Sequence record: PV764603.1
Length of the DNA: 64,000 nucleotides
Reading direction: 5' to 3' (one strand)
Positions within the stretch are counted from its first letter, which is position 1. Every line of letters starts with the position of its first letter. The position numbers were made by a program, and so were the translations under genes. A model generated the notes under the pieces. It did not search any database and was not told where the DNA came from. It saw only the letters and a program-made list of their open reading frames with translations. This document shows, in pieces, positions 37,036-45,964 of this stretch.

Positions 37036-37453
37036 CGTCTTCTGCCTCGTTCTTGTCAAAGAAAGCTTCCGTCGGGGTCTTGCCGTGCTTGATGCACCAG
37101 TCCATGAGAAGGTCCAGTCCGGTCACGTCGCGGCGTGGGTCGTTGAGCCGCAGTTCATCCATTTCGGTCACGTCGTGTTCATGTAACACGTGGTAACGAA
37201 CGTGATCCATCTTGAAGAACTTCTGGAACGCCTCCCAGCGAGCCGCGACCTGCTGCACTTGAGCCAGTCGCTGCTCAAGATTCTTGATGCGATCAGCTTG
37301 ATCGTTGAGGTCATGCGCAAGATAATTCGCCGACACTTCCCCGATGATGTGGATACGCGACTGCTTCCCATCAGGGGTGGTCAGGGTCATGATCGGAATT
37401 TCATGATGCTTTTCCTTGGTGTCCAGATACCACCAGCGTCCTTGTCTACTCAT
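37028..37453 (-). CDS. hypothetical protein (141 aa)
   Basis: coupled ORF with a coiled-coil segment. Confidence 0.65.
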   Translation of the reverse strand: MSRQGRWWYLDTKEKHHEIPIMTLTTPDGKQSRIHIIGEVSANYLAHDLNDQADRIKNLEQRLAQVQQVAARWEAFQKFFKMDHVRYHVLHEHDVTEMDELRLNDPRRDVTGLDLLMDWCIKHGKTPTEAFFDKNEAEDDE

Positions 37454-37902
37454 CGTTTCTTCTCCAGTGAAATGCCTTCGCGTTCAGAGACACGAACTGT
37501 GTCCCGTCCTACCCGTTGGGCGAGGGGTGGCGAGCACCTGTAGGTCATGGTGCCCCGTACCTTCGGGCTGATTGTGGCTACGCCTATCGCGCGCTCCACG
37601 CTCCAGCCCCGACGCAGACGCATGTAAAGCGTCATGTACTTGATCCCTGTTTCCTCCGCCAGTTGCCGAAGGGTTATCTTCCTCCCTTGATACTCTACGC
37701 ACACCTGCATGTTCGGATCGTACTCTGACTTGAGCCCCTGCTTGCAGCCGCAACTGCGAACGTCGCCGGACCTCAAGTTGGTTGTGGTAACGATCTTGTA
37801 GATGCCGCAGTCGCATAGGCACCGCCATTTCGTTCCACCGCAACGCTCTAGGACTTGCATCATCCCGAAACGTTGCCCTTCCAGATTCAGCATGTTTGAC
37901 AT
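37450..37902 (-). CDS. HNH-endonuclease-associated DNA-binding protein lacking the nuclease core
   Basis: GQRFGMMQVL...WRCLCDCG...LRSG..RSCGC fused directly to YQGRKITLRQLAEETGIKYMTLYMRLRRGW. Confidence 0.65.
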   Translation of the reverse strand: MSNMLNLEGQRFGMMQVLERCGGTKWRCLCDCGIYKIVTTTNLRSGDVRSCGCKQGLKSEYDPNMQVCVEYQGRKITLRQLAEETGIKYMTLYMRLRRGWSVERAIGVATISPKVRGTMTYRCSPPLAQRVGRDTVRVSEREGISLEKKR

Positions 37903-37911
37903 GGTGACTTC

Positions 37912-38217
37912 CTAGGAATGATGCTGCCTGTAGACCTGCATGATGCTTTCCGGCATCGTATCCATCGTCTCAGTGAACCGGACGTAGATGCTGTCGCGCA
38001 CGCAGGTATCGCCCATGCTCCAACGGTAGATTTCGGCCATTTCATCATCTTGCAGGGTGGCAAAGAACGCATCCACCACCGCAGGGTTCAAGTAGGTGCC
38101 CGGATCAATGTCGAAGTGGTCAAGGATGTTGATGAGCAAGTCGTGCGCCGAGTCCAGTTCGTGCTTGTCCGCCTTGACCTTCGCAATGATTGCTTCGTTG
38201 ATTGCCTTGTTGCTCAC
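37912..38217 (-). CDS. hypothetical protein (101 aa)
   Basis: coupled ORF. Confidence 0.6.
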   Translation of the reverse strand: MSNKAINEAIIAKVKADKHELDSAHDLLINILDHFDIDPGTYLNPAVVDAFFATLQDDEMAEIYRWSMGDTCVRDSIYVRFTETMDTMPESIMQVYRQHHS

Positions 38218-38603
38218 AGCTTTCTCCCGAGCGCCTGAATAATCTCAGGCGGTGCGTTTGGGTCGATGTAGGTGTAACCGGCCTTGTTGCAGATGGGCGC
38301 GATACGCATTTTCTTTCGCTCGATTTCCTCACGCGCTGCTTTTTCACGGGCAGCCCATTCAGGGGTCACCTCACGTACCACATGCTTGACCGTGCTAGGC
38401 GCACGCATCGTCGCCGATGGTCCCGAGGCAGCTTTCTTCATGGCGTCAGTGATGACGTACTTGCTTTCGCGGGGCTTCAACTCAGTGAACTGTTTCTTCG
38501 GTCTCTTCTTCGCAGTGTTAGCCTCAATCTCTGCCTCACGCTTTGCAGCGTTCTCGGCTCGCTTGATCGCCCACAGTTTCTTCTTACGCTGACCTGTTGC
38601 CAT
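38214..38603 (-). CDS. basic hypothetical protein (129 aa)
   Basis: C-terminal IAPICNKAGYTYI motif. Confidence 0.65.
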   Translation of the reverse strand: MATGQRKKKLWAIKRAENAAKREAEIEANTAKKRPKKQFTELKPRESKYVITDAMKKAASGPSATMRAPSTVKHVVREVTPEWAAREKAAREEIERKKMRIAPICNKAGYTYIDPNAPPEIIQALGRKL

Positions 38604-38800
38604 TACGAGGTACGCCCCACGTAAATGTCCTTGTCGCTGCCAATCAGCAGACTCTGACCCGGCTGCAAATCGGCGATGGCGTCGAACTCTTCATCGCTGT
38701 AGTCCGTCATGTTGAACACCTGCTGCAACGTGAGGTCGTTGCGCGTGGTGCTTTCAGCAGCCGAGGGCTCCGAACGATCCTGCATGGTGAAACGGCGCAT
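38603..38800 (-). CDS. hypothetical protein (65 aa)
   Basis: coupled ORF. Confidence 0.5.
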   Translation of the reverse strand: MRRFTMQDRSEPSAAESTTRNDLTLQQVFNMTDYSDEEFDAIADLQPGQSLLIGSDKDIYVGRTS

Positions 38801-39027
38801 CAGACTTTCTCCTTCTTGAAGTAGTTGCGGAGGGTTTCCTCATAGTAGAACATGAGGTCCCGATTTCGTTTGAGGTCATCCTGCACACCTGCACCGCGCC
38901 CCTGATACTTGCGCAGGCGCTCAACTTCGCGGGTGGCCTTGGGAAGATTCAAGTAGGCCACGCGTGCCTGCTCAAACGACGGCTCACTCGGAGCCGTCAT
39001 CAAATCGTCGTCATCGAAGTCCATCAC
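38800..39027 (-). CDS. hypothetical protein (75 aa)
   Basis: coupled ORF. Confidence 0.55.
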   Translation of the reverse strand: MMDFDDDDLMTAPSEPSFEQARVAYLNLPKATREVERLRKYQGRGAGVQDDLKRNRDLMFYYEETLRNYFKKEKV

Positions 39028-40004
39028 GAACCCCGACTAGCTTCGCGCTCCCACGCATCAGCCTCACGCGTGGTCATGTGGGCATCCAGCGGGAAGTCTT
39101 CGGCTGTGTCTTCCTCACGCTGGCGCTTCTCTTCTTCGTAGATGCGAACCGATTCGGTGAATTGCGCATCTTGTTCGCGTTCTTCTTCGCGCGACCACAG
39201 TTCCCGATCACGCTCCAGCTGGTCGTGGTTCGGTTCGTCCAGCGTATCGTCATATTCGCGGTCGAGGTCTTCCGCCCAGTCCGACATTGAATCGTTGTAC
39301 TCCTGCTCGCGCCTACGTTCCTCGAAGCGGTAGTTGATGTAGTTGCTGGACAGCAGACGACGGAGGATGCTTTCCATCGCACTCCGCGATGAAGTGCAGA
39401 AGACGAAACCACTGCGGCCACGCATACTGTCGAAGTAGTGCAGCTTGCCTTGGGTGTAGTCGATGGTACCCGACGGGGAATCGTACTCGATGTTCGATTC
39501 CAACTGGCGCAGTGAACGCTGCACTACCCTCGGACCGCCGTGCCTACCATCAGTGCGCTGGTAGTGGATGCTCACCGAAGTGGCGCGTCGTCCACGCTCT
39601 GCCCACATGTACCCGATTGACTGCAACGGCATCATGAGCTTCGGGGTAGCCTTCTTGAACGGCGGCGCGTCTTCCTTGTTTTCGTGCATCATGCCGTGCA
39701 CGATCTTGCTGGTTTCCTCCAGCTTCTCGTACCACTTCTTGCTACGCCAACCGAACTGGTTCATGGGACGAACCGGACCGAGGACGATCATGTGATCGAC
39801 ACTGATGCCGTCCTCCATGATGACTGCACGGAACAGGTGATCGCCAAGGCGCAACTTGCGCAGTGCCTTGTCCGACAAGGAAGGTATATCGAACCCCGTC
39901 TTGTCGTAGCCCCAGCCGTGATCCCAGCGGTCACGCTGGCGAATCACGCGATGCTTCGGCGAGGTGTTGCTCTTGCGGGTACGGTAGTTGGTGGTCATCG
40001 TCAT
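39024..40004 (-). CDS. hypothetical protein with an acidic C-terminal region
   Basis: start moved to ATG 40004, downstream of a CTGTAAATA motif. Confidence 0.7.
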   Translation of the reverse strand: MTMTTNYRTRKSNTSPKHRVIRQRDRWDHGWGYDKTGFDIPSLSDKALRKLRLGDHLFRAVIMEDGISVDHMIVLGPVRPMNQFGWRSKKWYEKLEETSKIVHGMMHENKEDAPPFKKATPKLMMPLQSIGYMWAERGRRATSVSIHYQRTDGRHGGPRVVQRSLRQLESNIEYDSPSGTIDYTQGKLHYFDSMRGRSGFVFCTSSRSAMESILRRLLSSNYINYRFEERRREQEYNDSMSDWAEDLDREYDDTLDEPNHDQLERDRELWSREEEREQDAQFTESVRIYEEEKRQREEDTAEDFPLDAHMTTREADAWEREASRGS

Positions 40005-40018
40005 CGTCTCGTCTAGGT

Positions 40019-40027
40019 TATTTACAG
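40019..40027 (-). promoter_or_regulatory. CTGTAAATA promoter-like motif
   Basis: 15 nt upstream of ATG 40004. Confidence 0.55.
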
Positions 40028-40039
40028 GAGGTGGTTGGA

Positions 40040-40531
40040 TCAATCGCTGTTCAAGTCATGTGCGTGATTGCACTTGACGCATCCGTGTTCCCACTGGCCG
40101 TAGCCAGTGAACTTGCCCTGTCCATAGACAAGGCCGCCCGTCATCCACGAATAGGCGCCGATGCAGTGGTTGTGGTTCAACTCACTGTTGGCGTCGGTCA
40201 CCACAGGAGTGACCAGCATGGGCTGACCGAACAGCTTGTCGTGGTACAGCCCCGAGGTCCGCATGCTCTCAAGGAAGCTGCGAAGGTCGCGCCGCGCTTC
40301 TGCGATGGCATCCTCAGCGATACCGGCTGCGAGGTATTCCATATCGCGTACCGTCATCGTGGGCATGGTCAGCACGTCCTCGCTACCCCATGTGACGCGT
40401 TCGCCGTTACGGCAGCGGCGCTGAATCCAGTCATGGATATGACCGAGCCAATCTCCGCCGCGTTCGTTCATCAATACCAGCGAATCAACGTGGGAGTGGC
40501 TTACGATTTCTTCCTTGTTGAGCAGGGCCAT
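40040..40531 (-). CDS. hypothetical protein (163 aa)
   Basis: GAGGA RBS; C-terminal CVKC. Confidence 0.65.
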   Translation of the reverse strand: MALLNKEEIVSHSHVDSLVLMNERGGDWLGHIHDWIQRRCRNGERVTWGSEDVLTMPTMTVRDMEYLAAGIAEDAIAEARRDLRSFLESMRTSGLYHDKLFGQPMLVTPVVTDANSELNHNHCIGAYSWMTGGLVYGQGKFTGYGQWEHGCVKCNHAHDLNSD

Positions 40532-40546
40532 CGTAGTGTCCTCGGA

Positions 40547-40798
40547 TCAGTAGGTAGTTGTCAGGAGGCGCTTCAATAACTTGTTGTCACGTTCCGGGTT
40601 GCTTTTCAGGTCGAGCGAAACAGATTCGCCGTATGCGCAGGGTTCACCGTCTGCATTGAGTCGCACGAATCCACCGCTTTCCGGTGAGCGTCCAACGAAC
40701 GCCCCGGTCATTCGATCATGCTCCATGTACTCAGGGAAGATGATCGCTCCAAGTACAGACCCGTACTTGGCATTCAATTCACCCACAAGATATTTCAT
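40547..40798 (-). CDS. hypothetical protein (83 aa)
   Basis: GGFV...YGESVSLDLKS motif. Confidence 0.65.
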   Translation of the reverse strand: MKYLVGELNAKYGSVLGAIIFPEYMEHDRMTGAFVGRSPESGGFVRLNADGEPCAYGESVSLDLKSNPERDNKLLKRLLTTTY

Positions 40799-41232
40799 TA
40801 CCGCAGGCCCCCGATGAACTCATTGTAGGGAACAACCACGTTCTCCACTGCCGGGTGGTAAGCAGGGTTGACGCGAATCTCGTTCTTGAAGAACGGATAC
40901 GAACACGTCATGAAGACGTAGCGTTCAAGGGTGATGGCAGGTGCACCCTTGGTCGCATCCGGCTTCCACTTCCCCTGCGCCATTTGGCTGGCCAGTCGCG
41001 GATACTGGCGTGCGATGCAGGAGGAAATGCCTGCCACCTTGGGGCCGTTGGGATCATCGAAGGCACCCGCCTCGATCCAGTCCACTTCCACCTGCGCGAA
41101 CGTTGCAGCATTATCGCCCGTGGTCAGATTGCCACTGCGCGCCCACATGCTCGCACGATCTTCCTGGGAGTACGAGGTGGCGGAGGCTACGGCGGAGAAA
41201 GCGAGCAGCGCAATACCGATCAGCATTTTCAT
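40798..41232 (-). CDS. exported protein
   Basis: signal peptide MKMLIGIALLAFSAVASA. Confidence 0.7.
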   Translation of the reverse strand: MKMLIGIALLAFSAVASATSYSQEDRASMWARSGNLTTGDNAATFAQVEVDWIEAGAFDDPNGPKVAGISSCIARQYPRLASQMAQGKWKPDATKGAPAITLERYVFMTCSYPFFKNEIRVNPAYHPAVENVVVPYNEFIGGLR

Positions 41233-42032
41233 CAGTAAGTTACCTGTCGAGTGGTGAGGGCAGCGGCGCGTTCGCCAATGGCCGGATGGATCGGCATGCC
41301 GCGCATGAGGTGGTCGATAGCCTGCCCGATAAGCCAGCGGCCGTGCAGGCTTTCGGGAAGTTGCTCACCCGCGTCGATCTGTTCGCGGGTCAGTACGCTG
41401 TCGTTGCGAACGTAACCTTCCGCGATCAGAAGTTTCGCAACGAACTCATGATCGAAGTGCAGGCGGTTGTTGTCGTTGATGGCAGCGAAGTCCCCGATCC
41501 ACTGGAGCAAATCGCTCTCGTAGCCGTCGGCGGGGAATATTTGGATCAGGCGATCAATCTGGACTTGGTCAAGTTGCGCAAGTTTGACCCGGACAGCTTC
41601 CGCCTGCTTGTACGCATCCGTTTCCCTGTACTCCCGGCTACGTTCTTCGCACAGTTCGTGGAACCTGCTTTCCCATTTGGTGACGGCAGGGGAGGGCCGA
41701 TGGTTGATAATGCGCTCTGCCTCGTCACGGGTCAGGCGGACTTCAACGTCAATGTCATTGGCGCGCACGTTGAGCTTGCTTTCCCACCCGAACATCTGCT
41801 GCATGACCGCCAGCATGTTCTCGCACTTGGCGAGTACGGTGGGAATGTGTGCGCCCGGTTCCTCAATGGTGGTGAGGAACAACGTAGCGTCCCGATCGCT
41901 CTGGACCAACTCGCCGATGACGCCAGCGAGGTCGCTCAGGTGGGCCGGGCCGCGCAGTTCGCGCTTGGAAGGAATGTAAGGCTTGCCGTTCAGGGTCATC
42001 GTCATCGTCTCTTCTTGGGAAGGGTTGTGCAT
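41232..42032 (-). CDS. hypothetical protein (266 aa)
   Basis: coupled ORF. Confidence 0.7.
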   Translation of the reverse strand: MHNPSQEETMTMTLNGKPYIPSKRELRGPAHLSDLAGVIGELVQSDRDATLFLTTIEEPGAHIPTVLAKCENMLAVMQQMFGWESKLNVRANDIDVEVRLTRDEAERIINHRPSPAVTKWESRFHELCEERSREYRETDAYKQAEAVRVKLAQLDQVQIDRLIQIFPADGYESDLLQWIGDFAAINDNNRLHFDHEFVAKLLIAEGYVRNDSVLTREQIDAGEQLPESLHGRWLIGQAIDHLMRGMPIHPAIGERAAALTTRQVTY

Positions 42033-42472
42033 CAGTCCAGCAGGTTGTTGAAAGCGTCGTCGATCAGTTCATCGAGGTTGTCACCGACAACGCAGTAGCC
42101 GCCTTCACTTGCATCGAGGGTCGCGCTTTCGTAGTCCACATTGGCGCACACCATCCATGCGCCCTTGAAGACCGTGTTGCGCTTGGGGTCGCGCGGACCG
42201 ATGTAGTAGCCTTCCTTCTGGAGGGCATGGGCGCGTGCGAAGCGCTCCGAAGTCTGCTCAGTGTTCTTGCTCATGTTCGTTTCCTTGGGCACGTGGCCCG
42301 GGTAAGGGTTTTCTTTGGTCAGAATCCACTCGGGATTCTCTGCGACTTTGGCAAGTGCCTCTGGCACAGAGGCACCGAATGTGGTGATGATGCGGCGTGG
42401 CCACTCTTTGACATTCACCAAAATGAGGTGATCGTATCCCGAAGACCACTCGATTCCTACTTCAATGGTCAT
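42032..42472 (-). CDS. hypothetical protein
   Basis: start ATG 42472 overlapping the upstream stop. Confidence 0.6.
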   Translation of the reverse strand: MTIEVGIEWSSGYDHLILVNVKEWPRRIITTFGASVPEALAKVAENPEWILTKENPYPGHVPKETNMSKNTEQTSERFARAHALQKEGYYIGPRDPKRNTVFKGAWMVCANVDYESATLDASEGGYCVVGDNLDELIDDAFNNLLD

Positions 42473-42750
42473 TTGGTCGCCGCCCATTCCAGCTTGAACT
42501 CGGCCATCGCTTGGCGCAAGGCCGTGTCGATGTGTTCGTCGTTGAGGTAATCGTACACCGGCCACCCCGTCTGCATGCCTGCGCTGTCACCCGCTCGGAG
42601 CTGGGTAGCCCATAGCGCGTCCCATCGGAAACGCATCGGCGTCAGGCCATTGTTTTGATAGAGAGCTTCGGACAGCTTGAGCTTGGGGAGGATGGTAGTC
42701 AGCGCATCGCGCAGCTGAGTGTAATGTTCCGGCTTCATCTTCATCATCAA
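42469..42750 (-). CDS. hypothetical protein (93 aa)
   Basis: MKPEHY...RFRWD...YDYLNDEHIDTALR. Confidence 0.7.
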   Translation of the reverse strand: MMMKMKPEHYTQLRDALTTILPKLKLSEALYQNNGLTPMRFRWDALWATQLRAGDSAGMQTGWPVYDYLNDEHIDTALRQAMAEFKLEWAATK

Positions 42751-42917
42751 TCTCCGTCATCACAGGTGCAGGTGGACCACACGTAGCAGTAGCCGCAGGG
42801 GCGCAGGTCCGGATTCTCAACCCACTCACCAGCAGGCCGAGGATTCTCGCTGTCAGCGAGCGCGGCGCATCGCTCGCAGCCACACAGTTCACTGTGCAGC
42901 ACGTATTCCTTAGCCAT
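42747..42917 (-). CDS. small Cys-rich protein
   Basis: CGCERC...CGYC...CTC. Confidence 0.5.
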   Translation of the reverse strand: MAKEYVLHSELCGCERCAALADSENPRPAGEWVENPDLRPCGYCYVWSTCTCDDGD

Positions 42918-43131
42918 TGTCCTCGGCCTCCGTCGGCTCAGGCAGCTTGTCCCACTCCTTCGTTCCTGGGTTCCACTCGTAGCCAAGCGGCTGGCCCGGA
43001 TAGTGGATCATGTAGAAGTCGAGCGCCCGCACCGCACCTGCTCCGTAACCTGCGTTGGTGAAGGCGTCTTCAATCGTTTCACCCTCGACCAGTTCATGCG
43101 TGCCCGAACGCCAATACAGAACGTAGTTCAT
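42910..43131 (-). CDS. hypothetical protein (73 aa)
   Basis: AAGGAAAG RBS. Confidence 0.65.
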   Translation of the reverse strand: MNYVLYWRSGTHELVEGETIEDAFTNAGYGAGAVRALDFYMIHYPGQPLGYEWNPGTKEWDKLPEPTEAEDNG

Positions 43132-43141
43132 GTTTCTTTCC

Positions 43142-43465
43142 TTAGAGGATGGTGGTGCGCCGCTTGCCCTTGGGGTGCAGCACTACCGAGTGGAGGTTGT
43201 TGAGGTCGATCAGGTCCGTTGGTTCAACCGCTGCGCCGTTGATATGCACAGCGCCATTGTTCATCCATCGCCTCAACTCCGAATTGCTTGCGGGTGACTT
43301 GGGGTTTTCAGTGGACCAAAAGCCACCCGCTCCGAATTTGTGGATGCCTTGCAAGTATGCAAGCGCAGTTGTCAGTCGCTTCACAGGTAACCCCGGTACA
43401 GGTTTTCCATTTCGCCGCCCGTAACATAGAAATAGACGCCTTGCTTCTTGAAGATATGGAACCAC
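43142..43465 (-). CDS. S4-like RNA-binding domain protein
   Basis: SNSELRRWMNNGAVHING...KGKRR resembles the S4 motif of TyrRS/Hsp15. Confidence 0.55.
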   Translation of the reverse strand: MVPYLQEARRLFLCYGRRNGKPVPGLPVKRLTTALAYLQGIHKFGAGGFWSTENPKSPASNSELRRWMNNGAVHINGAAVEPTDLIDLNNLHSVVLHPKGKRRTTIL

Positions 43466-43779
43466 TCCGAGTTCTCAATCTCCTTGATGACAAGGAGCAA
43501 CGCATCGTGTCGCGTCTTACCGCCCCGAACCACAGTGTAGTAGTCGAACCCACCCGCCATTGGAATCTCCAACGACATTTCTGCGTAGTGAATCCCGTGC
43601 TTGGGAGATACCACGTTGAAGTGCATCGGCAGGATCATGGTTGCGTCGCTCGGTTCCACCCATGCGCGCTTATGCTTGCGCACCTTGCCAAGCTTGCCGG
43701 CCAGCTTTTCCGTGCGGCTCTTGCCAGTTGGTTCAGCGAGGACTCGGGTGGTGCGAATGACAATATTGCTAAGGGACAT
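43381..43779 (-). CDS. hypothetical protein, first gene after promoter module 3
   Basis: ATG 43779 with a GGAG RBS. Confidence 0.6.
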   Translation of the reverse strand: MSLSNIVIRTTRVLAEPTGKSRTEKLAGKLGKVRKHKRAWVEPSDATMILPMHFNVVSPKHGIHYAEMSLEIPMAGGFDYYTVVRGGKTRHDALLLVIKEIENSEWFHIFKKQGVYFYVTGGEMENLYRGYL

Positions 43780-43800
43780 GCTAGCTCCGATGAGTGCGTT

Positions 43801-43945
43801 ATTTTCAAAGTGTGTTTGGCCTGCTCTAGACGACAGGCAGACTTTCTCACAACTACAGTATAGCACAAATCTTCTCGGTGTGCGGCCACCCCTGATTCCC
43901 GTTCAGCTGCCGTTCAGGTTCAGTTCGAGCACCCTTTGAAAAAAT
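43801..43945 (-). promoter_or_regulatory. promoter module copy 3
   Basis: TATACT at 43857-43862, CAGGGGTGG at 43886-43894, CTGAACG at 43900-43906 and 43911-43917. Confidence 0.8.
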
Positions 43946-43959
43946 CGACCCATTCGGGA

Positions 43960-43997
43960 AACGAAAAGGGGCCACCAAGATCGCTCCCGGCAGCCCC
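43960..43997 (-). terminator. intrinsic terminator ending the modification cluster
   Basis: GGGGCTGCCGGGA-GCGA-TCTTGGTGGCCCC-TTTTC. Confidence 0.8.
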
Positions 43998-44002
43998 TAA
44001 AT

Positions 44003-44851
44003 TCAGCCTAGTTTGAAGTCGATGCCCACAGCCACCTTGCTAGTGACCGGGTGCACGCCACGTAGGACTGAGGAAATCTGCCGTTCAAACAACGGGGCTT
44101 CCCAATCCAAGTACGTAGTGGTATCGCCATGACGGACGATTATTTCCGCATCCTCTATCAGGGGCGCACCTATCAACTCTGTTACGCCTGCTGCATTCGG
44201 ATTGTACATTGCGGCTACTTCGATCACATCATCGAACCCTAGCACTTGAACTTCACCACCCCAATTTACTGGAGTGGTTGCAGCATGATCTACCTTTGCA
44301 GCCACGTCGAAGCCACGCTGCCATCCGATGATGCTCATCAGGTGGAAGCCTAGGTCGTACTTGATTACGTGGTTCCACGGAGAACCATCGGTAGGCATGT
44401 TGTTGTGGTACATAGCCAGCGCCGTGATGGGGTCGTGCACGCCTGCCAGCTTGGAATGGTAAATCCATTCGGCGGAAACAAGCACACGATCATCAATCAC
44501 GTCTGACTTATACGGCTTCTCACACAGCACGCGAGACTCAGGGAAGCATTGTACCGCTTGCCTCACTAACAGGTCATGAGTGCTATCTGGCGTGGCGATG
44601 ATAATGAGGTCCGGAGCATTCCACGTACTCATCATTGCGCCAGTCAGTGTTTTGTATACTGGAACCTGACGCTCCAGCACAGCTTCTTCATAGAACGAAC
44701 CCCATTGATTAACCAGCACCGATCTGCTGTAGACTTCACTAGCCTTGGGGTCCACGTCTACGACAAAGGACAGCGTATGTCCGAGATTCAAGGCAGCGAT
44801 GGCGTGAGCTTTACCCACGCCAAGGCCCCCTACAATTCCAATGCGAGCCAT
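44003..44851 (-). CDS. Gfo/Idh/MocA-family oxidoreductase
   Basis: RIGIVGGLGVGKAH, IIATPDSTH, VLCEKP. Confidence 0.85.
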   Translation of the reverse strand: MARIGIVGGLGVGKAHAIAALNLGHTLSFVVDVDPKASEVYSRSVLVNQWGSFYEEAVLERQVPVYKTLTGAMMSTWNAPDLIIIATPDSTHDLLVRQAVQCFPESRVLCEKPYKSDVIDDRVLVSAEWIYHSKLAGVHDPITALAMYHNNMPTDGSPWNHVIKYDLGFHLMSIIGWQRGFDVAAKVDHAATTPVNWGGEVQVLGFDDVIEVAAMYNPNAAGVTELIGAPLIEDAEIIVRHGDTTTYLDWEAPLFERQISSVLRGVHPVTSKVAVGIDFKLG

Positions 44852-44854
44852 TGC

Positions 44855-45964
44855 TTAGTTCGGGTAGCGGTCGTTGTCGAGCAACTTAGTCAGGCGAGTG
44901 GTAATCGTGTGCTCAAATGCGTTGACCTGCACGAACACTGGGGCCCTCAACACGTCGAACAGAGTGTGGCGTACCCAATCCTTACTCAGGAGTTGGGCTG
45001 CATCTTCCAGCGTGTAGTACAGGTGCTCGTCGCGGTACATGTATGGGTAGCACGCGCGGTTGGGCACTACCGGAATCGCGCCTAGGACCACTGCATCAAT
45101 AACGCTGTAACCGAAAGTCTCCAGCGTTGCAGAGCTAAACAGGAAACTCAGTTTCGCCACCTCGGTCCAATACTTGTCCTTGGTATCACATAGGACGAAC
45201 TCAATACCTGCATCCACCGCTTCCTGATACAGCGGTGCGGTGTCGAGGGGAACCGGGTGCAGAACGCGGAAGGTGCGGGTGTCGCCAAGACGATGGGCCA
45301 GTTCGATGAAGTCTTCGGGGCGCTTATCCTCTGCCCAACGATGGCTCCAGCCCACGACAGGCTTTGCCTCTTCAGCACGCGCAGTCAGCGAACGGCGCAG
45401 CTGCGCAGGGTTGGTATCTTGTGGGCTAATGACCGGCAGGCCAATGACGTTGACGTTGGTGGAGTTTAGTAGGTCCACTCCATAATCGGTAGCTACGTAG
45501 GTTTCGGTGAAACAATCCAGCAGGGTTTCTTCGAGGCTGCGTACCCACGAGCCTGCCGAATACAGGAAGTCACCCGGAGTCTCAACGCTGCTATGGAAGA
45601 AGCCGGTCAGGTGGGCCTTGATGCCTGCGCAGTGCATGTGGAACTTGAGCACCGGAACGGCAGGCGACCAACCATCGGCAAAGTAAACCACGTCGCCATC
45701 AGCGATGTGATCCAGCACACCCAGCACACCCTTGCAGAACGATTTGGTCATCGTCTCGTCGGAATAGAACATGGACTGCGACGACATGCTGTTGAATTCT
45801 TCGCCGCTGTTCACCTCAACGACTTCAAACTCATGACCGTTGAGGGTCCGAGTCTTGTCTGCTGCGGTTTGGCGGAGGGCGGCGATCACCTTGTTAGTGA
45901 TCCACTTCTCAGGGCGGAAGTCCGACTCAGGACTGCGAACTACAATGATCTTCTTCACTTTCAA
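44855..45964 (-). CDS. GT-B glycosyltransferase, GTDC1/QTMAN-like
   Basis: WSHRWAEDKRPEDF and SATLETFGYSVIDAVVLGAIPVVPNRACYPYMY. Confidence 0.8.
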   Translation of the reverse strand: MKVKKIIVVRSPESDFRPEKWITNKVIAALRQTAADKTRTLNGHEFEVVEVNSGEEFNSMSSQSMFYSDETMTKSFCKGVLGVLDHIADGDVVYFADGWSPAVPVLKFHMHCAGIKAHLTGFFHSSVETPGDFLYSAGSWVRSLEETLLDCFTETYVATDYGVDLLNSTNVNVIGLPVISPQDTNPAQLRRSLTARAEEAKPVVGWSHRWAEDKRPEDFIELAHRLGDTRTFRVLHPVPLDTAPLYQEAVDAGIEFVLCDTKDKYWTEVAKLSFLFSSATLETFGYSVIDAVVLGAIPVVPNRACYPYMYRDEHLYYTLEDAAQLLSKDWVRHTLFDVLRAPVFVQVNAFEHTITTRLTKLLDNDRYPN

